A stretch of DNA of 64,000 nucleotides, taken from positions 19,921-83,920 of the forward strand of contig DHRG01000062.1 of assembly GCA_002408285.1 (NCBI GenBank), given 5' to 3'. A program made the translations under genes and the position numbers. The stretch comes from Peptococcaceae bacterium UBA5318. GTDB taxonomy: Bacteria > Bacillota > Peptococcia > DRI-13 > UBA5318. Below the pieces are notes generated by a model that did not search any database, was not told the DNA's origin, and saw only the letters and a program-made list of their open reading frames with translations. Positions 8,724 through 21,776 of this stretch are shown in pieces; position 1 is the first letter of the stretch, and every line of letters begins with the position of its first letter.

Positions 8724-9068
8724 GTGGTTGAGATTCTTGGAAAAATTAAAGAATATGAAAAAATGGGGCAAAAAATGATTCAACAATTTCTGCAAAATAT
8801 ATATGAAGGATTCCTCATTCCCGAGTCTGTTGTAACGGAGGAAAATATTAAGGATATCTCTCTCGTCAATCTGGTGAACAGGGCTTACCGGGAATGGGAA
8901 CAGTCTAAGGCGCTTTTTGAAGAAGTGCATGATCCCGGGTTGGTGGACCATGCGATTTATGCCATGCAGGCTGCGGAACAAAAATATATTTATTTGTTGA
9001 ATCTAGCCAAAAAAGAAAATGTGATCAATGAAACCTTTTATTATCCCAAAGACGAACAGTTGATATAA
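8724..9068 (+). CDS. YaaL/DUF2508 family protein (start uncertain)
   Basis: AYREW...FEEVHDPGLVDHAIYAMQAAEQKYIYLL; between recR and bofA. Confidence 0.85.
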   Translation: MVEILGKIKEYEKMGQKMIQQFLQNIYEGFLIPESVVTEENIKDISLVNLVNRAYREWEQSKALFEEVHDPGLVDHAIYAMQAAEQKYIYLLNLAKKENVINETFYYPKDEQLI

Positions 9069-9238
9069 TAAGGCCAACGGGATGATCGCCTGCAGACCGG
9101 AGAGCGGCTCGGAAGTATATTTTCCGGGCTGCTCTGTTTTGTTTTTCCTTGTGCTTGACCAAGGCCTTTGTTCTAAAAAAACAGGGCGGACAATACACTT
9201 AATTGTAAAACTAAACTTCATTGCAAGGAGGCTTTGCC

Positions 9239-9502
9239 GTGGAAATAGGAGTGATTTTTGCAACGCTGCTTTTGCTTGCTATTTTATTTCTCATCATACG
9301 GCTTATCTTAGGCCCTCTAAAAATTGTGACCCGTTTTTTTATCAACTGTGCGCTGGCGTTAACGGTTTTGGTAATCATTAATTTGTTTGGAAGCGCGTTG
9401 GGCTTTCATATCCCGCTGAATCCAATCAGCGTTATGAGCGTGGGTATACTGGGAATGCCGGGGTTTTGCCTGGTGGCGTTTTTAAGTTTTCTATTTATTT
9501 AG
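9239..9502 (+). CDS. bofA: Pro-sigmaK processing inhibitor BofA
   Basis: Hydrophobic 87 aa with IPLNPIS...GILGMPG; AGGAGG RBS before GTG 9239; synteny. Confidence 0.9.
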   Translation: MEIGVIFATLLLLAILFLIIRLILGPLKIVTRFFINCALALTVLVIINLFGSALGFHIPLNPISVMSVGILGMPGFCLVAFLSFLFI

Positions 9503-9551
9503 GATAAATACACGTTTACAAGTACCCTACAAAAAAATAATACAATAGTAC

Positions 9552-9580
9552 TTGAAGGCACGTGGAAAATTGCATATAAT
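9552..9580 (+). promoter_or_regulatory. Sigma-A promoter of the PFOR gene
   Basis: TTGAAG-N17-TATAAT about 190 nt upstream of the start codon. Confidence 0.6.
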
Positions 9581-9774
9581 TTATTCGAAGTAAAGAATGA
9601 TGATTTGTTTAATAAACAACATTATAACAACCCTCAGGGGTGGCTTCGGCGCCCCCTTTTTGTTACTGTAACGCGTTGCCCGTTTTTCGGAGGCGGAAAA
9701 CCGGGGACAAGCAGGATATCATTTTTGGTCTTATAAAAAGTATAAATAATAATCAGACAAGGAGTGTTACATAA

Positions 9775-13290
<3,516 letters not shown>

Positions 13291-13305
13291 ACCGGGCTTG
13301 CTCTA

Positions 13306-13359
13306 AAATAAAAGAAAACCGGGCCGGATCGCGAGATCTGGGCCGGTTTTCTTTTATTT
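13306..13359. terminator. Bidirectional-type intrinsic terminator
   Basis: AAATAAAAGAAAACCGG...CCGGTTTTCTTTTATTT inverted repeat after nifJ. Confidence 0.8.
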
Positions 13360-13500
13360 ATCGGCATTATGTTCACTATATGAATAATAGGATATATATA
13401 TTATGGTTGAAGATGTATTTCACAGAAACAGTAAAATAAAATATGCTTAAAATATAATAATTTTGACAATCATTTTATTTTTTAGATGGGAGGAATGTTT

Positions 13501-14748
13501 ATGCCGGAATTTTTTATTGAAAGTAAAAAAATTGAATATCGCGACAAAACGGATGTACTAGTTATTGGTGGCGGACCAGGAGGTATCGCCGCCGCGATTG
13601 CGGCGGCAAGACATGGTATGAAAACGAAGATTATTGAAAAAGGGGTAATGCTTGGAGGTTTAGCGACAGCCGGTCATGTTTGCTTATTTGAACCGCTTTG
13701 TGACGGGCAGGGAAGGCAGGTTACAGGCGGGATCGCTGAAGAGATGCTCTATCGCTCTATTGAATATAGCTATAATACGCTGCCTTCACATTGGAAAAAA
13801 GGTGTTACGTATGTTGAAAACCCCGAAAATACGGCGGGGCTTGAAGAGCAGGTTTACATGAAAGAAAAGGGGCGGTATTGTACTATCTTTAATATCCCGG
13901 CCTTCGCTTTAGCTCTGGAAGAGTCCGTCTTAAAGCAAAACATAAAAATTTTATACGACACACTCTTTTGTGAGCCCATCATGGCAGGGAACAGCTGTAC
14001 GGGTGTTATTGTGGAAAACCTATCCGGCAGGTATGCTATTAGCTGTAAGATGGTTATAGACGGCACCGGCTTTTCTACAGCATTCCAACGCGCCGGGGGC
14101 GAATGTGTTCCTTACAAAGGCAATCATTTTACCTTTGAGTGCTTGGATACGGACTTTGAGAAAATGAAAAAAGCTATCGAAACAGGGAAAATGCGGCACG
14201 CTATACATTGGAGGATATTAGGCTGGAATCCTGTTTTTGATGATCCAAATGCACCAAATGAATACTCCGGTTTGACGGCGGAGGATATCAACCGGTATGC
14301 CCTGGATAGCCATCGCGTCGCGCTAAATTACCTTCAACAAAACCAACGCCCCGATTATGCCCTGTTATCGCTGCCCTCCATGGTTCAAATACGGATGACC
14401 AGGCGAATTAGAGGCAGATACGAAATGAAAACAGAAGATGTTTTCAAAAGAATGGAAGATTCGGTAGGGTGTGTAAGCGACTGGCGCAAACCGGGGCCTG
14501 TTTATGAAGTCCCCTACAGGTGCCTCATTGATAAAAAGATTGATAACATTATGGCAGTCGGTAGAAATATTGCCGCACAGGATGATATATGGGATATTAT
14601 GCGTTGTTATCCCGGGGCGATAACTTCAGGACAAGCTGCGGGTACGGCAGCCGCAATCGCAATTAAAAACAAAATTGGCCTTGGTGAAGTAAACCAAGAC
14701 CAATTGCAGAAGACTTTAAGCAAGGACGGAGTGATAATACACAGATAA
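13501..14748 (+). CDS. FAD-dependent oxidoreductase (FAD_oxidored-like)
   Basis: DVLVIGGGPGGIAAAIAAAR, LGGLATAG, IDGTG, YEVPYRCL, GQAAGTAAA. Confidence 0.9.
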   Translation: MPEFFIESKKIEYRDKTDVLVIGGGPGGIAAAIAAARHGMKTKIIEKGVMLGGLATAGHVCLFEPLCDGQGRQVTGGIAEEMLYRSIEYSYNTLPSHWKKGVTYVENPENTAGLEEQVYMKEKGRYCTIFNIPAFALALEESVLKQNIKILYDTLFCEPIMAGNSCTGVIVENLSGRYAISCKMVIDGTGFSTAFQRAGGECVPYKGNHFTFECLDTDFEKMKKAIETGKMRHAIHWRILGWNPVFDDPNAPNEYSGLTAEDINRYALDSHRVALNYLQQNQRPDYALLSLPSMVQIRMTRRIRGRYEMKTEDVFKRMEDSVGCVSDWRKPGPVYEVPYRCLIDKKIDNIMAVGRNIAAQDDIWDIMRCYPGAITSGQAAGTAAAIAIKNKIGLGEVNQDQLQKTLSKDGVIIHR

Positions 14749-14803
14749 GTTTATCATACACGTATCCTCTATTCCACGTATCCCCTATCCCGGGGGTTTC
14801 CAA

Positions 14804-15730
14804 TTATAGAATGTTTTTTCGGCAATAACGTTCCAGGCCAACATGTTCCAGAATAGCAAAAAAATCCACATAATGATCTATTAAAGCTTTAACCGCCTTC
14901 GACATATACCTGGCGCTGTTCCAAGCAAGCCAAATATCACGTTTATTGTAGATAGAATTGAGCTTTACTATTTCTACCCCGTCCAAGAACACGAAACTCA
15001 TAGTCTTTAGCGGTACTAAAGATACGCCCAGCCCGGCGGAAGCCAATTCAGCATGGATCATATCATTGTCGCTTTCAAACAAAATGGCGGGTGTAAACCC
15101 GGCATTCTCGCACATGCTCGCGAAAAGACGGTCGATACTCGATGATTTACTATATGCAATGAACGGATAGGAAGCGGCCTCGGCCAGATTGATCGCTCCG
15201 CGCCCTGCCAAAGGATGCCCTTTCGGCACCATAAGGACAATTTCTTCGTTCTTCATAAGGGGAATCTTATAGGGGCTATCGTATTCATCCGGCGTTCCAA
15301 AGATGACTATATCAAAATCTTGCCGTTCTTTACATTCTATATCATAAAAAGGAGTAAGCACCCGGACAGTGACCAGGGGACATTTTTTTTTAAATTCCTT
15401 AAGAAGCTGCGGGATTGTATTTATTGCCGCCTTAACCATAATTGTCACAACGCCTGTAACATCTTTACTCGAATCCCGCAGCTCCTTTACGGCATTGTCC
15501 AGCTTTTGCAGCGAAATTGAAACATTTTGATAAAAGTTTTCTCCAAACTTGTTAAGACATAACCGTTTGCCTACCCGGTTGAATAGGGGAACGCCTAATT
15601 CTGTTTCCAGTTTTTTTATCGTCTTGCTAAGCGATGATTGCGCAACATAAAGCTCTTCCGCCGCGCGAGTCATGTTTTCATACTGTGCCACAACGCAAAA
15701 ATACCTTAACTGAAGCAGTTCCATACGCAT
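14804..15730 (-). CDS. LysR-family transcriptional regulator
   Basis: MELLQLRYF...MTRAAEELYVAQSSLSKTIKKLETELGVPLFNR HTH; GAGGGG RBS before ATG at 15730. Confidence 0.95.
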   Translation of the reverse strand: MRMELLQLRYFCVVAQYENMTRAAEELYVAQSSLSKTIKKLETELGVPLFNRVGKRLCLNKFGENFYQNVSISLQKLDNAVKELRDSSKDVTGVVTIMVKAAINTIPQLLKEFKKKCPLVTVRVLTPFYDIECKERQDFDIVIFGTPDEYDSPYKIPLMKNEEIVLMVPKGHPLAGRGAINLAEAASYPFIAYSKSSSIDRLFASMCENAGFTPAILFESDNDMIHAELASAGLGVSLVPLKTMSFVFLDGVEIVKLNSIYNKRDIWLAWNSARYMSKAVKALIDHYVDFFAILEHVGLERYCRKNIL

Positions 15731-15891
15731 TTTCCCCTCGCATTCCATCCTTAAAAAAATTATACATCTGAAAGAGAAGGTTACAAAGAACAAAGCTGCT
15801 GTACTCTGATAATTATTAGCAATTTTTTTACCCTATATCCAAATACTAAACAGTAGTACGCGGTTCTGTTTTACTGAAGGAGGAACACATA

Positions 15892-17616
15892 ATGAACCTG
15901 TTGTCTTCTATCGTTGATGATGTAATACAAATAGCGGAAGCCATCAGTTTAGCGTTAAACTGTGATGTGGAAGTAGCGGATACGAATTTAACCCGCATAG
16001 CGGGAACCGGCTCATTAAAGAGTATCGTCGGGGAAAAGTTGCGTCATGGTCACATCTATTCTTACCTCATGCATAATAAACAAAATATTATCCTGGATAA
16101 CCCAGGGTTCCATTTTTTGTGCAGCTCCTGCAAAATCAAAGGGACATGCTATTGTAAATCAACTATTTCTTCACCGATCATGATGGATGATACGGTATTA
16201 GGGGTTATTTCCATTATATCACTTAACGATGAAACAACCGCTTATATCAAAAAAAACGCTAACGAACTCAGCATGTTTGTCAGAAGAATGGCCGAACTCG
16301 TAGCCAGCAAGGCAAGTGAGAAGAGTCTGTTAAAAAATTTACAGATAGCCACAGCCGTAATGGACGGCATCATTGATAACGACAACCGGGGCATCGTTGC
16401 CATGAATCATGAAGGACGGGTGCTGCGTTATAATAAAACCGTCTTATCTTTGTTTAATATAAAAGATGATGCTGAGGCCAAGCAAGCTTTGGAAAGGACT
16501 TTTTCCGCTGAAATCATAGAGCAAACATACTCAACCAAACAAAAAATAATCGGCAATAAATGTATTTTAGTCCATATAAAACCGATTTACCTTTCCGGTA
16601 ATAATACGAAAGAAATCTTGTGGCTCTTTACCTGTCAGGACTTTGCGAAGATCAAAAAGTCTGCGAGCTCCCTTACGGTGGCCGACAACAATATTACTTT
16701 TAACGATATTTATACGCGGAGTAAAAAGATGATCTCCATCATACAGATGACCCAAAAAATAGCTCACAACGATTCAACCGTTCTGATTTTGGGAGAAAGC
16801 GGCACAGGAAAAGAAATGTTCGCCCGGGCGATCCACTCCCAAAGCGGACGGACGGGTCCGCTTATTCCCATTAATTGCGGGGCCATACCTGAGCCGTTAT
16901 TGGAGAGCGAACTGTTTGGCTATGAACCGGGCGCGTTCACAGGCGCCAATAAAGAAGGGAAACCGGGAAAATTTGAATTGGCTGACGGCGGCACACTTTT
17001 CCTCGATGAAATAGGGATGATGCCGCTTCATTTACAGTGTAAACTGCTGCGGGTCCTGGAAGACCGCAAGGTGGACCGCCTGGGGGGGAGCATTACTTTT
17101 CCTTTGAATGTCCGGATTATTGCGGCCACCAACGAGGATTTACAGAAAAAAGTGAAGGAAGGCAGGTTCCGGGGGGACCTGTTTTTCCGAATCAATGTGA
17201 TCCCCATATACCTTCCTCCTCTTCGTGAACGGAAAGAGGATATCCTTCCGTTGGCTGACCATTTTCTGCAAGTATACTCCGATAAGTTTGCTAAAAACAT
17301 CACAGCGATTGATCCCTCAGCCTGCGGCCAGCTTGAATCCTATGATTGGCCCGGCAATATCAGGGAGCTGTCCAACGCTATCGAATTCGCGGTCAATATG
17401 GAAGAAACCTCTTCTATAAAACCGGAGAGCCTGCCTTTTTTATCAAAAATAAGCCATATAAAAGAAAATCCGGCCCTAGGGCAACTAAAATCCGATATTC
17501 TGAAACAAACCCTGGATGAGTTCGGCTATGGGAAAAAAGGAAAAATGAAAGCGGCTGAAATTCTGGGAGTTAGTTTGGCGACCATCTATCGCTGGGTGGA
17601 TAAATATCAGCTCTAA
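15892..17616 (+). CDS. Sigma54-dependent enhancer-binding regulator (sensor-PAS-AAA+-HTH)
   Basis: GESGTGKE, ESELFG, GAFTGA, FLDEIG, WPGNIREL, C-terminal Fis HTH. Confidence 0.96.
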   Translation: MNLLSSIVDDVIQIAEAISLALNCDVEVADTNLTRIAGTGSLKSIVGEKLRHGHIYSYLMHNKQNIILDNPGFHFLCSSCKIKGTCYCKSTISSPIMMDDTVLGVISIISLNDETTAYIKKNANELSMFVRRMAELVASKASEKSLLKNLQIATAVMDGIIDNDNRGIVAMNHEGRVLRYNKTVLSLFNIKDDAEAKQALERTFSAEIIEQTYSTKQKIIGNKCILVHIKPIYLSGNNTKEILWLFTCQDFAKIKKSASSLTVADNNITFNDIYTRSKKMISIIQMTQKIAHNDSTVLILGESGTGKEMFARAIHSQSGRTGPLIPINCGAIPEPLLESELFGYEPGAFTGANKEGKPGKFELADGGTLFLDEIGMMPLHLQCKLLRVLEDRKVDRLGGSITFPLNVRIIAATNEDLQKKVKEGRFRGDLFFRINVIPIYLPPLRERKEDILPLADHFLQVYSDKFAKNITAIDPSACGQLESYDWPGNIRELSNAIEFAVNMEETSSIKPESLPFLSKISHIKENPALGQLKSDILKQTLDEFGYGKKGKMKAAEILGVSLATIYRWVDKYQL

Positions 17617-17647
17617 AGAAATCTGAGAACAAAATGAGAATATAAAT

Positions 17648-17660
17648 TCTCAAAATGAGA
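17648..17660. promoter_or_regulatory. Probable enhancer (UAS) palindrome for the sigma54 activator
   Basis: TCTCA-AAA-TGAGA about 100 bp upstream of the -24/-12 element, extra TGAGA half-sites nearby, conserved in both repeat copies. Confidence 0.6.
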
Positions 17661-17755
17661 TTTTTCAACAAGGCATTTAAAAACAAGGCCTTGTTTTTTT
17701 GTTCTGTCCGTTGCGGGAGAAAGCGTACAGGGTTTACCTCATAAGCGCTTTGTTT

Positions 17756-17771
17756 TGGCATCGTTCTTGCA
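17756..17771 (+). promoter_or_regulatory. Sigma54 -24/-12 promoter
   Basis: TGGCATCGTTCTTGCA (GG-N10-GC). Confidence 0.88.
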
Positions 17772-17814
17772 ACGTCTTATATTTAGAGTTCTATCGAAAT
17801 AAGGAGTGTAATAT

Positions 17815-18555
17815 ATGCGTTTAGATGGAAAAGTAGCCTTGGTTACAGGAGCCGGTAGTGGGAATGGCGCCGGCATTGCAACTGGATTTGTCAAAGAGGG
17901 CGCTACAGTAATTTTGGGCGACCTTAATCTGGAAAATGCGGAAGCTGTGGCTAAAGCAACCGGCGGTAAAGCAGTAGCAATGAAACTGGACGTAGGGGAA
18001 CCTGATAGCGTAACATCAGTTTTTGACGGCATTATAAAGAGATTTGGTAAAATAGATGTTTTGGTAAACAATGCCGGTATACTTGACCGCGCTATGTTGG
18101 TTGATATGTCAGTTGAACAGTGGGACAGAGTTATGAAGGTTAACGCAAAGGGTGTTTTCCTCTGTGCACAAGCAGCCGCACGCAGCATGATCGCTAATGG
18201 TGGCGGCTCAATCATCAATATTACTTCCATGAACATCCATATAGCCTATGCGAACATAAGCAACTACGGAGCTTCCAAAGGAGCTGTGAGCGCATTCACA
18301 AAACACATCGCTGTGGAACTGGCTCCCTACAATGTAAGGGTTAACGATATCGCTCCCGGCGTAATATTGACAAATGCGAATAAACAACGTCTTTCCGACC
18401 ATGAGGTCTACAATAATACTATTGCGTCTATTCCGATAGGTAGATTAGGCAGACCGGAGGATCTCGTTGGAGCGGCAGTCTATCTAGCCTCTGATGAGTC
18501 AAGCTTTTCTACGGGTAGTACGATTGTCGTTGACGGCGGATATATAATTAAGTAA
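17815..18555 (+). CDS. SDR-family NAD(P)-dependent oxidoreductase
   Basis: TGAGSGNG, NNAG, YGASK, VVDGG. Confidence 0.95.
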   Translation: MRLDGKVALVTGAGSGNGAGIATGFVKEGATVILGDLNLENAEAVAKATGGKAVAMKLDVGEPDSVTSVFDGIIKRFGKIDVLVNNAGILDRAMLVDMSVEQWDRVMKVNAKGVFLCAQAAARSMIANGGGSIINITSMNIHIAYANISNYGASKGAVSAFTKHIAVELAPYNVRVNDIAPGVILTNANKQRLSDHEVYNNTIASIPIGRLGRPEDLVGAAVYLASDESSFSTGSTIVVDGGYIIK

Positions 18556-18567
18556 CAGGAATAACAT

Positions 18568-18762
18568 TCTATTGCTGGGTGGATAAGTATCAGCTTTAAA
18601 GAAACCTGAGAACAAAATGAGAACATAAATTCTCAAAATGAGATTTTTCAACAAGGCATTTAAAAACAAGGCCTTGTTTTTTTATTCTGTCTGTTGCGGG
18701 AGAAAGCGTACAGGGTTTACCTCATGAGCGCTTTGTTTTGGCATCGTTCTTGCAACGTCTTA
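18568..18762 (+). repeat. 195-bp direct repeat, copy 2
   Basis: Matches 17585-17779, including the last codons of the regulator gene. Confidence 0.95.
18739..18754 (+). promoter_or_regulatory. Sigma54 -24/-12 promoter, second copy
   Basis: TGGCATCGTTCTTGCA. Confidence 0.88.
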
Positions 18763-18957
18763 GGATTCATAAAATGATTTCATTTAATATCAGAGGAATT
18801 GCCGGGAGGAGGTGCTCGAAGCAGCAGGTGACGACCCCTAAAACTATCAAGGGGTAAAGAGTGAAAAAGGAAGGAGGATAATGAAAACAACAAAATAGGG
18901 TAATAAGTCAAACGAGGATTTATGAAGGATGCGATCAAAAAAGGGAGGATTATTGAA

Positions 18958-19986
18958 ATGAAAAAGACTGCGTATTTTACCCTGGTAATTTTCATGCTTT
19001 CCGTCATGATGATTGGTTTTACCGGTTGCGGCAAATCCGGCGATACGGCGAAGGACGAATCAGCCCCTGTACAAATACGTCTGGCAACCGTTGGTTCGCG
19101 TACCAACCCGCTTTATTTATCCATTAAAAAGTTCGGCGATCTAGTCCAGGAGGCATACGGTGACAAGGTTAAGGTAGAGATATATCCGGATGGTCAGTTG
19201 GGAAATGAAAAAGAAATGGGGCAACAGATGATTTCCGGAGCGCTTCAGGGCGCCGTGTTGAGCGGCGCGGTGCTGAATCAGGTAGGCAGCGCCCCCGAAG
19301 TGAAGGTGTACGATATACCCTATCTCTATAACAGCCTTGATCAGGTCTATGGAGCATATAAAAAGGTAGGCAAGAAGGAGATCCTTGGGCCGGCCTGTGA
19401 AAAGACCGGGTTCAAACTGATATCCCTTATAAGCATGGGTTCGGTCGCCTTGGCGAATAATGCCCGTCCTGTTGAATCGCCCGCGGATTTAAAAGGCTTG
19501 AAAATCCGTTCCTGGGCAGACGATACGATGCTTACGACCCTTAAAGAATATGGCGCCAATCCGGTGAATTTACCGTATTCGGAATGCATTCCGGGCCTTC
19601 AGCAAGGGCAGATCGACGGGCTGATCACAACTGACATGCATATCCTTTACGATGGCGTAATCGACGCCGTCAAGTATATTACCGACACAAGGCTTCAGTT
19701 CGCCCAGCACATTATTTTGGTTGATTTGAATTGGTTTAATAGTTTGCCCGCTGATATGCAGAAAAAACTTGAGGAAATCGGCGACCAGGTGACCGACTTC
19801 TCTCTTACCCAGGCGTTAGCGAATAAGGAAGCTGTTTTTAAGGAGCTTGCCAAAAAAGCCGAGATCCGCTATCTGACTCCCGCAGAGCTTGAAGTGTTCG
19901 AAAAAGCGGCGGAACCAGCGAAACGGAAAGTTTTAGAGGCAATTGGCGATAAAGAATACAATTTGATCCTGGAAGCCCTTAAGTGA
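18958..19986 (+). CDS. dctP: TRAP transporter substrate-binding lipoprotein
   Basis: Lipobox FTGC, IYPDGQLGNE, DLKGLKIR, LQQGQIDG. Confidence 0.93.
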   Translation: MKKTAYFTLVIFMLSVMMIGFTGCGKSGDTAKDESAPVQIRLATVGSRTNPLYLSIKKFGDLVQEAYGDKVKVEIYPDGQLGNEKEMGQQMISGALQGAVLSGAVLNQVGSAPEVKVYDIPYLYNSLDQVYGAYKKVGKKEILGPACEKTGFKLISLISMGSVALANNARPVESPADLKGLKIRSWADDTMLTTLKEYGANPVNLPYSECIPGLQQGQIDGLITTDMHILYDGVIDAVKYITDTRLQFAQHIILVDLNWFNSLPADMQKKLEEIGDQVTDFSLTQALANKEAVFKELAKKAEIRYLTPAELEVFEKAAEPAKRKVLEAIGDKEYNLILEALK

Positions 19987-20043
19987 TTATCTGTTCAATT
20001 GGTCATGGTTTAAATCGGATACTGACAGGAGGTGCGAATAACA

Positions 20044-21333
20044 TTGTTTATAGATGAAGAATGCAAAGAAATGCTTTCCGGAAAACGGGGACGGCTTGTC
20101 AAGGGAGCCATGGAGTTTCTGATACGGCTCGGGGAAGCCTACGGCGCTGAAGACATGGTCGATATCGACTTTGGGTTTGTTTATACGACGATGGATTTTT
20201 GGGGAACCAAAAATAAAGATGAAGCGGAAAATACTATGGGTTTTTTATCGCAGAGCGCTTTTGAAGAAGCGGTCGAGCTGGGGGTAAAGGTGAAAGCCCC
20301 GGCGATCGGCGGCCTGGGGGCCGTTGATTACGAGAACTGCGCGATGATGCAAATCAGTGAGGAATCGCTGGCGCGGATCAGATACCAGAATGAGTTGGAC
20401 GCGGCCCTTGGCATCATGTACATGCCTACCTGTGACCCTTACCTGATACTTGGGACTGATGTTGCAACATTAGGGTGCCATATGGTCAGCGTGGAGAGTT
20501 CGGCTATACCATACTATAACTCCGTACTGGGAGCCCATGTAAACAGGGAGGGGATCGCCGGCTTCTTTGCGGTGCTGACCGGCAAATATCCGCGTTTCGG
20601 CTATCATATTGACGAGAACCGTAAGCCCCGTCATTTGGCTTTAGTACGGGCGAAAATGCGCAACTACATTGATTATGGCATTCTGGGGCTTATCGCAGGC
20701 GAAGTGGTCGGGCCGGAGGTCTGCGCGTTCAGTATGGATGAAAACCCCAGGCCGTATGATTTTGTGCACCTGGGGTCGGGGATGTCTTCAGGCGGGCCTG
20801 TCACCATGTACCATGTAATCGGCGTTACACCCGAAGCCCGGGTTCCCGACGCGTCGTTTAATCCCTGTCTGCTAAAGATTCATGAAATCACCGACCGGGA
20901 CATCCAAAGGGTATATGACAAACATTCCGGCTGCGGTGAGCCTGTGGATTATGTTGTCCTGGGGTGCCCGTTTTACAATGCTTTTGAACTGCAGCGGGCT
21001 GCTGAAATGCTGAAGGGCAGGAAAGTTAAACCGGGGATCAGCCTCTGGATACATGCGGATCCCTTGGCCCGCGCAATGGCCCGGGCCAGCGGCTTTGAAA
21101 AGGATATCACCGAGGCGGGCGGCTACATCGTGTGTGGTACGTGCCCGCAGCTTTCCGCCGGAAAACCCGGCCCAATCTATACGTTTACCCATCCCGAGTA
21201 TTCAGTCGGGGTGATGGCAACAGATTCAATTAAGCAAGCTCACTACGGCGGGCAAATATTGAGGGCCGAAAAAACCCTTCTCGGCGATATGGAACGTTGC
21301 ATACAGGCTGCAGTTACAGGAATTTGGAGGTGA
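20044..21333 (+). CDS. Aconitase X catalytic (large) subunit, DUF521 type
   Basis: EMLSGKRG N-terminus, TCDPY, ESSAIPYYNSVLGA.VNREG, YHVIGVTPEA, LGCP, GTCP; TTG 20044 fits the AGGAGGTG RBS. Confidence 0.9.
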   Translation: MFIDEECKEMLSGKRGRLVKGAMEFLIRLGEAYGAEDMVDIDFGFVYTTMDFWGTKNKDEAENTMGFLSQSAFEEAVELGVKVKAPAIGGLGAVDYENCAMMQISEESLARIRYQNELDAALGIMYMPTCDPYLILGTDVATLGCHMVSVESSAIPYYNSVLGAHVNREGIAGFFAVLTGKYPRFGYHIDENRKPRHLALVRAKMRNYIDYGILGLIAGEVVGPEVCAFSMDENPRPYDFVHLGSGMSSGGPVTMYHVIGVTPEARVPDASFNPCLLKIHEITDRDIQRVYDKHSGCGEPVDYVVLGCPFYNAFELQRAAEMLKGRKVKPGISLWIHADPLARAMARASGFEKDITEAGGYIVCGTCPQLSAGKPGPIYTFTHPEYSVGVMATDSIKQAHYGGQILRAEKTLLGDMERCIQAAVTGIWR

Positions 21334-21334
21334 T

Positions 21335-21760
21335 ATGATGAATTCAATCGTTATCAAATGCAAAGTTGCTGTGAAAGGCCATGTCCGGGGCGCCGCTTTA
21401 GTATTGCCCAAAGCTCTTTCTTATATGGAAGGGGTAAATACTGAAACAGGGCAGTTTTATGAAACGGAGTATCCGGAATTGACCGGGGAAAACCTTAAAG
21501 ACAAAATCATGGTCTATCCATGGGCCAAAGGGTCAACCGGTGATTGCCTCCGCCTTTGGAGAGCGCACGAAAATGGGGTTGGTCCTGCGGGGATCATCAA
21601 CATCATTGCGGACCCCATTCTTGTCCAAGGTGCGCTTATGTCGGGGATACCTCTTGTATACGAACCGGCACGGAACCCTCTCGAAATTATCAAGTCGGGC
21701 GATCTGGTGGAGATTAAAGACGGCACGGTAATTGTGGAGAGTAGACATAATAATGAATGA
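21335..21760 (+). CDS. Aconitase X swivel (small) subunit, DUF126 type
   Basis: GHVRGAALV, LSYMEGVNTETG, ELTGENLKDKIMVYPWAKGSTG. Confidence 0.9.
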   Translation: MMNSIVIKCKVAVKGHVRGAALVLPKALSYMEGVNTETGQFYETEYPELTGENLKDKIMVYPWAKGSTGDCLRLWRAHENGVGPAGIINIIADPILVQGALMSGIPLVYEPARNPLEIIKSGDLVEIKDGTVIVESRHNNE

Positions 21761-21776
21761 AACAGGGTGATGAGTA

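Larger units (their letters stand above)
17585..17779 (+). repeat. 195-bp direct repeat, copy 1
   Basis: Aligns gap-free to 18568-18762 with 8 mismatches by manual count. Confidence 0.95.

Noticed and set aside
9082-9381. 99-aa ORF overlapping bofA
   Set aside because: No RBS or recognisable motif, and it overlaps a well-supported gene in another frame.
9605-9619. TTGTTTAATAAACAA as a Rex operator
   Set aside because: It is 15 bp, whereas the Rex consensus is an 18-bp palindrome; kept only as an unexplained palindrome.
17585-18762. The 195-bp repeats as IS ends or a CRISPR array
   Set aside because: They are direct, only two copies, with no transposase or spacers; the content is promoter DNA.
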